A stretch of DNA of 22,246 bases from Armatimonadota bacterium (GTDB lineage: Bacteria > Armatimonadota > UBA5829 > DTLH01), in assembly GCA_039680575.1 (NCBI GenBank), contig JBDKSP010000070.1, forward strand, positions 1 to 22,246, written 5' to 3'. This document shows positions 16,671-22,246 of this stretch, in pieces (the stretch's first letter is position 1; each line of letters starts with the position of its first letter). The position numbers and the translations under genes were made by a program. The notes under the pieces are model-generated. The model did no database searches and was not told where the DNA came from. It saw only the letters and a list, made by a program, of their open reading frames with translations.

Positions 16671-17084
16671 GTGAGTGGTAATTCAATGGAAGATATTCTG
16701 CACAGTATACCTGTAGAGCAACCTTCCAGGCGTAAGGTTGTGATAGTCGTATCGAGCGACAGGTCGCTCGCTGAATCTTTGAGAAGTAGCCTGGCGAAGG
16801 AGTTCGACGTTCTTTTGGCGAGGGACGGAGGCGAGGCTGCAGCGAAGTCCCAGGCGGTAAAAGTGGATCTCGCGCTTGTGGATCTCGGAGCACCGGTTTT
16901 GGGTGTATCTGCCCTTGGGAGGATGAAAAGCCACGTTTCTTCTCCCATCATATGCGCGCTCGTGAAACCGGAAGCAGCTCAGGCTCAGACTCAGTTCGAT
17001 TTCGATTATGTGCTGGCACGCCCGGCGAACGGCGCTGACCTTCCTGAACGGGTGCGATTCATCCTCGCAAAAGCGGCGAAGTAA
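16671..17084 (+). CDS. Stand-alone atypical receiver-domain protein
   Basis: Receiver-fold pattern VVIVVSSD...ARDGGEA...DLALVDLGAP...DYVLARP. Start may be ATG 16686. Confidence 0.7.
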   Translation: MSGNSMEDILHSIPVEQPSRRKVVIVVSSDRSLAESLRSSLAKEFDVLLARDGGEAAAKSQAVKVDLALVDLGAPVLGVSALGRMKSHVSSPIICALVKPEAAQAQTQFDFDYVLARPANGADLPERVRFILAKAAK

Positions 17085-17086
17085 TG

Positions 17087-17608
17087 TCAGTCCTCCCAGA
17101 TAAACTGCCAATCCTTATCGAGGCTGATCGTATACCAGAGGTTGAAGTTTTTCGCGCCTGCTGGTGTCGTTTTGGCAAATCCATCGAACTCACATTCACA
17201 CGAAGGATATAAACCCAGGCTAAATGCTCCTGATCGATGCTCTATCGGTTGCAAATGGAAAAGTCCGACGCGAACCGGGTCTTTGACTGGCTCTCCTTTT
17301 TCTGCTCGTGCAGCGAGCGAATTGAGAGTGGGCCTGATCATAGCAAAATGGAGTCTCAGTGGCCAATCGATCAGCCCTATTGACACCAGTATGAGGACAG
17401 CCAGTGGAATAGAAACATAACTGCGAAGAAGCCAGTGGTTACGCTTCCAACCAACGGGGGTGAAAGATGAGAGCAGCACTACGATCGGAAGAATCACGAT
17501 GGTTCCAAGGACGGCCATGAGTCGTGGTTCATCGCCAAATGCAGCAAACCCAATTGCTGTAACAACAAAGGCATAAACTAAGTATGGACTCCAGGTAAAG
17601 TTCTTCAT
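17087..17608 (-). CDS. Hypothetical membrane protein
   Basis: GGAGG RBS, three hydrophobic segments and a soluble C-terminus ending LDKDWQFIWED. Confidence 0.75.
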   Translation of the reverse strand: MKNFTWSPYLVYAFVVTAIGFAAFGDEPRLMAVLGTIVILPIVVLLSSFTPVGWKRNHWLLRSYVSIPLAVLILVSIGLIDWPLRLHFAMIRPTLNSLAARAEKGEPVKDPVRVGLFHLQPIEHRSGAFSLGLYPSCECEFDGFAKTTPAGAKNFNLWYTISLDKDWQFIWED

Positions 17609-17668
17609 AACCGATCCTCCATATCAACAATACGAAATATCTACTGCGTAGGTCTTGCCACTGCCAAA

Positions 17669-18559
17669 CTACATTGTTCTCAGCCTGCGGATGCGTTCTT
17701 CCACGGGCGGGTGCGTGCTGAAAAGGTTGTTTATCGTACCGCCGATGTCTTTCAACGGGTTATAGATATAAAGATGCGCCGTAGCCTTGTTTGCGACTTC
17801 GAGCGGCTCCTGGTCTGCGGCGATTTTCTCCAAAGCGCTTGCGAGTCCTTCCGGGTAACGTGTCAGAAGCGCGCCGGAGGCATCCGCCAGAAACTCTCTT
17901 TTTCTGGAAAGCGCAGCCTGCATAAATGCTGCTGTGAGTGGCGCGAGTATGGCAACCACAATCGCAATAACAAGCCATATCAGCTGAGCACCGCCTTCAT
18001 TGCTCGAACTGCGCCGTCTGCTTCGACCGCCCCAGTAGGTGCTCCTGAGCATCCAGTCCGAGAGCAGTGCTACGATTCCGACCATCACAGCCACGAGCGT
18101 CGAAAACCGGATGTCGTAGTTCTTGATGTGGCTCATCTCGTGCGCGATGACGCCTTCCAGTTCGACCCTATCCATCTTCTGGACAAGCCCGGTTGTGACG
18201 CAGATGACGCCGTGTTCGGGGTCGCGGCCTGTTGCAAACGCGTTCGGCGCGGTATCATCGATGACATAGACCTTCGGTGCAGGTAATCCTGCCGCCAGCG
18301 CCAGACCTTCGACACTGTTAATGAGGTGTGCGTACTCTGGCTTCTCGGCAGGACGAGCCTGAGACATCGCAAGGACAATCCTGTCGCTGTAATAATAACT
18401 GCTGAATGTCATTGCGATTGCCACTATGACTGCAACCGGCATTACCCATGGGCTCTTGGTATACTGCGAAAAGACAAACCCAACCGCGAGGATTATCAAC
18501 ATGAAAACGAAGATAAGCCCCCACGATTTCCATTTATTACTTGATATTTGGTCGTACAT
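17669..18559 (-). CDS. htpX: Zinc metalloprotease HtpX (M48)
   Basis: PNAFATG, HEMSH zinc motif, SRKREFLAD and FSTHPPVEERI. Lies downstream of lemA. Confidence 0.93.
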   Translation of the reverse strand: MYDQISSNKWKSWGLIFVFMLIILAVGFVFSQYTKSPWVMPVAVIVAIAMTFSSYYYSDRIVLAMSQARPAEKPEYAHLINSVEGLALAAGLPAPKVYVIDDTAPNAFATGRDPEHGVICVTTGLVQKMDRVELEGVIAHEMSHIKNYDIRFSTLVAVMVGIVALLSDWMLRSTYWGGRSRRRSSSNEGGAQLIWLVIAIVVAILAPLTAAFMQAALSRKREFLADASGALLTRYPEGLASALEKIAADQEPLEVANKATAHLYIYNPLKDIGGTINNLFSTHPPVEERIRRLRTM

Positions 18560-18567
18560 AGCTAAAA

Positions 18568-18622
18568 AGCCGTCAGCTTTCAGCCATCAGTAGAGAATGG
18601 AGACTAACGGCTGACCGCTGAT
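18568..18622. repeat. Inverted heptamer tracts in the lemA-htpX spacer
   Basis: AGCCGTC AGCTTTC AGCCATC AGT ... ACTAACG GCTGACC GCTGAT, the same family as 237-273 and 1790-1824. Confidence 0.75.
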
Positions 18623-18624
18623 TA

Positions 18625-19179
18625 CTAAAATTGCACCTTTATCGGTTCGCGGGCGACGTCTTCCATCGGGAAGTATTCTTTCGTCTGGAAACCGAACGAC
18701 CCTGCGATGATATTGGCAGGGAACTGCTGGATCATCGCGCTGAATGCCATTACGGTATCATTGTAAAACTGCCGGGCGTAAGCGATTTTCGATTCCGTTC
18801 CAGAAAGCTCTTCCTGAAGCAAGAGAAAATTCTGGTTTGCCTTCAGGTCAGGATATGCCTCGGCTACCGCAAACAGGCTTTTCAGCGCCTGGCTGATCAT
18901 ATTTTGTGCCTGTCCCTGCTGCTCAACGCCCTGCGCGTTTGTCATAGCGGAACGTGCTTCGGTGACTTTCTCGAAAACTTCGCGTTCGTGAGACGCATAA
19001 CCCTTTACTGTCTCCACCAGGTTCGGGATAAGGTCGTAACGGCGCCGGAGTTGCACATCTATCTGTGACCATGCGTTTTCGATCCTGTTGCGCAGCACGA
19101 CAAGCCTGTTGTAAGTCAGAATTGCCCACAAAAGCAGCAGTCCGACCAGTGCGAGAACAATTATCAGTCCGGTTGGCAT
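18625..19179 (-). CDS. lemA: LemA family protein
   Basis: N-terminal TM, YNRLV, AWSQIDVQLRRRYDLIPNLVETVKGYA, EAYPDLKANQNF, ARQFYN. AGGAGG RBS. Confidence 0.96.
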   Translation of the reverse strand: MPTGLIIVLALVGLLLLWAILTYNRLVVLRNRIENAWSQIDVQLRRRYDLIPNLVETVKGYASHEREVFEKVTEARSAMTNAQGVEQQGQAQNMISQALKSLFAVAEAYPDLKANQNFLLLQEELSGTESKIAYARQFYNDTVMAFSAMIQQFPANIIAGSFGFQTKEYFPMEDVAREPIKVQF

Positions 19180-19211
19180 AGGTTATACCTCCTACTATAT
19201 CAGTGATGAAT

Positions 19212-19240
19212 ATTGTGCTGCATATGAACCGGAATGTCAA
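19212..19240 (-). promoter_or_regulatory. Putative promoter of lemA-htpX
   Basis: Minus strand TTGACA (19240-19235), 17-nt spacer, CACAAT (19217-19212). Confidence 0.55.
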
Positions 19241-19270
19241 GAATCGTGAAGTTCAAACCTGCTTTTCACG

Positions 19271-19299
19271 TTGACATTCTCACATAGGTGTGTTACGTT
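19271..19299 (+). promoter_or_regulatory. Putative promoter of the GH130 gene
   Basis: TTGACA (19271-19276), 17-nt spacer, TACGTT (19294-19299) preceded by TGn (extended -10). Confidence 0.6.
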
Positions 19300-19335
19300 T
19301 GCAGATAATAGCAACTATAAGGACTGCTCAATAAA

Positions 19336-20298
19336 ATGAACGACAAAGGCAAACGATTCCGAGCCAACATGCTGGCGGACCATCTCTTCACCCGCTATAA
19401 AAACAATCCCGTCATCACAAATGGGGACATGCCTTACATCTGCGGCGCTGTATTTAACGCCGGCGCGACTATATTCGAGGGAGAGACCCTGCTGCTCTTA
19501 CGGGTCGAGGACTTGGAAGGTATTTCACATCTCACCGTAGCGAAGAGCCATGATGGATTCACCAAATGGAGGATCGAAAAAGACCCGCTGATGTTTCCGT
19601 GCATGGATAATGGACCCTATGAGATCTACGGCTGCGAGGATCCCCGCTTAACCTATCTCGACGATCTCAAGAAGTGGGTCATCGCATATACGGCGTACTC
19701 GCCGTTCGGAGCCGGAGTCGCGCTGGCGCTTACGGACGATTTTAAACGGGTAGACCGGCTGGGACTAGTCCTTGCACCGAATAACAAAGATGCTGCCGTT
19801 TTCCCCCGGAAGATCGGCGGCCGTTATTGGATGGTTCACAGGCCTGCCGCGGGTGATATCGAGCACATTTGGCTGACGGAGTCGGACGACCTTGTCCACT
19901 GGGGACACCCGTGGTGTGTCATAATGGAAAGAGACGGACCCAGATGGGATGCCTGTAAAATCGGCGCTAATACTGTGCCGATAGAGACACCGGAAGGTTG
20001 GCTGATACTCTACCACGGGGTCAAGATGTTCGCAGCCGGTCCTACCTACAGGATGGGCATGGCGCTCCTGGACCTTGAAGACCCGCGCAGACTGATCGCA
20101 CGGCTTCCATTCTGGGTGCTAGGTCCATCGGAGTACTATGAGACTTCCGGCGCAGTGCCGAACATAGTCTTTTCCTGCGGGCACACTCAGGTCGGCAGCA
20201 GGATAAACCTGTACTACGGAGCTGCAGACTGCAGGCTTTGTGTGGCGACTGCGTCGGTGGACGAGCTGATCGACGAACTTAAGAAATACCGGGTCTGA
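19336..20298 (+). CDS. Glycoside hydrolase family 130 protein (beta-mannoside phosphorylase-like)
   Basis: Motifs VFNAGA, LLRVE, YGCEDPR, NKDAAVFP, MVHRP, GWLILYHGV, VPNIVFSCG, LYYGAAD. Confidence 0.92.
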   Translation: MNDKGKRFRANMLADHLFTRYKNNPVITNGDMPYICGAVFNAGATIFEGETLLLLRVEDLEGISHLTVAKSHDGFTKWRIEKDPLMFPCMDNGPYEIYGCEDPRLTYLDDLKKWVIAYTAYSPFGAGVALALTDDFKRVDRLGLVLAPNNKDAAVFPRKIGGRYWMVHRPAAGDIEHIWLTESDDLVHWGHPWCVIMERDGPRWDACKIGANTVPIETPEGWLILYHGVKMFAAGPTYRMGMALLDLEDPRRLIARLPFWVLGPSEYYETSGAVPNIVFSCGHTQVGSRINLYYGAADCRLCVATASVDELIDELKKYRV

Positions 20299-20332
20299 AC
20301 AGGGTATTTAGGTTCAGAAGTAACGGAATATT

Positions 20333-20362
20333 CAGGCCGGAGGTATTAGCTCATCCGGCCTG
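20333..20362. terminator. Stem-loop between convergent genes
   Basis: CAGGCCGGA-N12-TCCGGCCTG perfect 9-bp stem without a long U tract. Confidence 0.5.
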
Positions 20363-20388
20363 TATCTAAACGCTGCATTGAACGTAAC

Positions 20389-20928
20389 TTACCTGACCGG
20401 CACTATCGGATATACGACCGCGCTGAAACCCTGATCGGCAAGTGATATATGCACCCTGATGCTTGTCGCCCCTTCCGGGACACGGGCTATTATTTCATAC
20501 GGCGGGCTGGTCACTGTGCCGGTTTCAAGCACGTCTCCATTGAATGCCAGGACGTCGACGGTCAACTGTACTACCGTTCCGGGTCGCGATGGAGCAGCCA
20601 CCTTTACTTCGTTACCACCAATCCACTTGACCCTTGGTTTGACCATAGGCATTGCAAGATCCGGCCTGTCTAAAAGCGTCTGCTGTCCCCGTTGTCCACC
20701 GTAGATATAAGGTCCGTAGCCCATGCCCATATGTCCCGTTCCGTATCCGTAGACCTCCCAGCTTTGCGATGGATAGTAGTTGTAAAAATACCTCGCCGAG
20801 CCATAGTCGGGATAACCGGGCCCCGGTCCGAAGTATCGCGGTAAATCAGCATTCCCCGCCAAAGCCGGCAGGGTAAGCAGTACCGCCAACACCAGTGTTA
20901 AGATTGCTACCGCAGTACGGATACTCAT
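20389..20928 (-). CDS. Exported hypothetical protein with a Tyr/Gly-rich N-terminal region
   Basis: AGGAGG RBS before ATG 20928, signal peptide MSIRTAVAILTLVLAVLLTLPALA, a Y/G/P-rich segment, then a beta-rich C-terminal domain. Confidence 0.8.
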   Translation of the reverse strand: MSIRTAVAILTLVLAVLLTLPALAGNADLPRYFGPGPGYPDYGSARYFYNYYPSQSWEVYGYGTGHMGMGYGPYIYGGQRGQQTLLDRPDLAMPMVKPRVKWIGGNEVKVAAPSRPGTVVQLTVDVLAFNGDVLETGTVTSPPYEIIARVPEGATSIRVHISLADQGFSAVVYPIVPVR

Positions 20929-21172
20929 CTTGAGTGGCCTCCTCACCCGTAGGTCCGAGTAGAAACCTGCAATATTATATGTAACCAAGTACCCCCATAT
21001 AGTATATTTCACACTTGCAGGGATCTTATACTTGTGCTGGGAACAATCCAACTCAGGTTATCGTCGTAATAGAGGCAGCTTTTCAATACTGCCATTGCCA
21101 TAACACTCCTTAAGTGCCTGTTGAGGTAAAGGATTGAGAGAAATAACAAAGAACGCCAATAAAGGCGTCGCA

Positions 21173-22048
21173 ATGACGGTAAGAGGAATAGATGTCTCAA
21201 GCCGTTTCTTCTGGGAAATCGCTCTGCCTGTTTTCGAGTCCGAATTTCCCTCATATATAGATCAGATAGCTGTCGGTCTTGTTGCCGCAGGTTCAGACTG
21301 CGCCGGTAACGACGACGAGGTTTCGCGTGACTTCGACTGGGGCCCCAGGTTTCAAGTGTTTTTGACCGAACATGACTTCAAAAAGATCGGCTCCGATATG
21401 CAATCCCTTCTCGACGAACTCCCATCTGATTTCCACGGGATAGAATGTCATCCTTCCGGCTTACATGCAAGCTGTGTTTACTCTATCGATGGTTTTTTTA
21501 CTCTGAACTCTGGTTTCGCTTGTGCTCCAGAGTTACCGGAGGACTGGCTTTGCATACCCGAATCCGGCCTGTTTGATATAACGCACGGACAGGTGTTTTA
21601 TGACCCGCTTGGCGAGTTTACCGAGCGCCGCAAGAGGTTCATGGCCTATTATCCTGACGATGCGTGGAAGAGACTTATCTTTGCATCACTTAGAGACTGC
21701 GGTGAGTATGGCGAACGGTTGTTGCCGAGATCTATCGCCCACGATGATTACTATACAGCACAGATTGCCTGGTGGAATTTCGTCGAGGCCGCAATGAAGC
21801 TTGGATTCCTTCTGGACCGCCGTTATGCGCCGAGAAAGCAGTGGTTATACCGGGAGTTTTGCAAGCTGTCTGTCGACTCGGCTGATGTAGTTAATCTGCT
21901 GTGGAATGCGCAAAGCGATATTGTTCCAAGGATCGAGCTTGTCGATAAGATAGCCCGAATCTATGGTGGTAAGCTGCACAATCTTGGCCTTATTAGTGGT
22001 TCTTCGGGTTCGTTTGATTTGTGGGCTGGCGATATTCAATACGCTTAG
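21173..22048 (+). CDS. DUF4037 domain protein (nucleotidyltransferase-like fold)
   Basis: Motifs AVGLVAAGSDCAGNDDEVSRDFDWGP, GQVFYDPLGEFT, YYPDD and RYAPRKQWL. Start is ATG 21173 or TTG 21134. Confidence 0.85.
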   Translation: MTVRGIDVSSRFFWEIALPVFESEFPSYIDQIAVGLVAAGSDCAGNDDEVSRDFDWGPRFQVFLTEHDFKKIGSDMQSLLDELPSDFHGIECHPSGLHASCVYSIDGFFTLNSGFACAPELPEDWLCIPESGLFDITHGQVFYDPLGEFTERRKRFMAYYPDDAWKRLIFASLRDCGEYGERLLPRSIAHDDYYTAQIAWWNFVEAAMKLGFLLDRRYAPRKQWLYREFCKLSVDSADVVNLLWNAQSDIVPRIELVDKIARIYGGKLHNLGLISGSSGSFDLWAGDIQYA

Positions 22049-22121
22049 GGATAAACCTCATTACTATACCCGTAACAGTTCACTCTTAATGAGAATTATA
22101 TATCAACCTGAACAACGATCA

Positions 22122-22246
22122 CGTCACCCTGAACTAAGGAGTTTCAGGTATTACCTGAAACTCTCCCCGGAAGATTTTCGGCTATAGCCGAAAATCCATA
22201 GATTCAGGGTCCATTTTTTTCCTGGATGCTGAGTCAAGCTCAGCAT
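22122..22246. repeat. CGTC-tagged element (family A) carrying a nested family-B element, truncated by the window end
   Basis: CGTCACCCTGAACT (22122-22135) and 22201-22246 match 1866-1879 and 1881-1926 (41/46 identical). The intervening segment holds hairpin GAGTTTCAGGTA-T-TACCTGAAACTC and the perfect palindrome GATTTTCGGCTATAGCCGAAAATC. Confidence 0.9.

Noticed and set aside
20929..21051. N-terminal extension of the 20389-21051 ORF
   Set aside because: ATG 20928 has AGGAGG and begins a clean signal peptide.
50..22201. Terminal direct repeat suggesting a circular element or integrated island
   Set aside because: The shared sequence is short, interrupted and palindromic, the gene content is housekeeping, and there is no integrase. 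A dispersed repeat near the sequence ends explains it better.

Overview
Bacterial chromosomal region with about 23 protein-coding genes. No rRNA, tRNA, CRISPR array or transposase was seen. Left to right: the distal end of a complex I locus (nuoM-nuoN) coupled to a GNAT acetyltransferase; a Nudix hydrolase; two paralogous exported DUF4252-like proteins; a complete six-gene operon (perfect TTGACA-17-TATAAT promoter to intrinsic terminator) encoding an uncharacterised DUF6754-containing membrane complex; an acidic small protein; an MTAP/PNP-family phosphorylase; an NmrA-like protein; a sortase / C39-like peptidase / IPRAG-tagged substrate / phosphodiester glycosidase cluster; an atypical receiver protein; lemA-htpX; a GH130 enzyme; and a DUF4037 protein. 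The best candidate for an undescribed protein system is the DUF6754 operon, whose four core subunits look like two pairs of distant paralogues. The most striking DNA-level signal is a set of small palindromic repeat elements. One CGTC-tagged cloverleaf element sits in-frame in an extended nuoM 3' end. A second copy at the window end shows compensatory base changes and carries another palindromic element in its loop, and that inner element recurs at the window start with a further hairpin in its own loop. All family assignments come from motif recognition by eye, not database searches.
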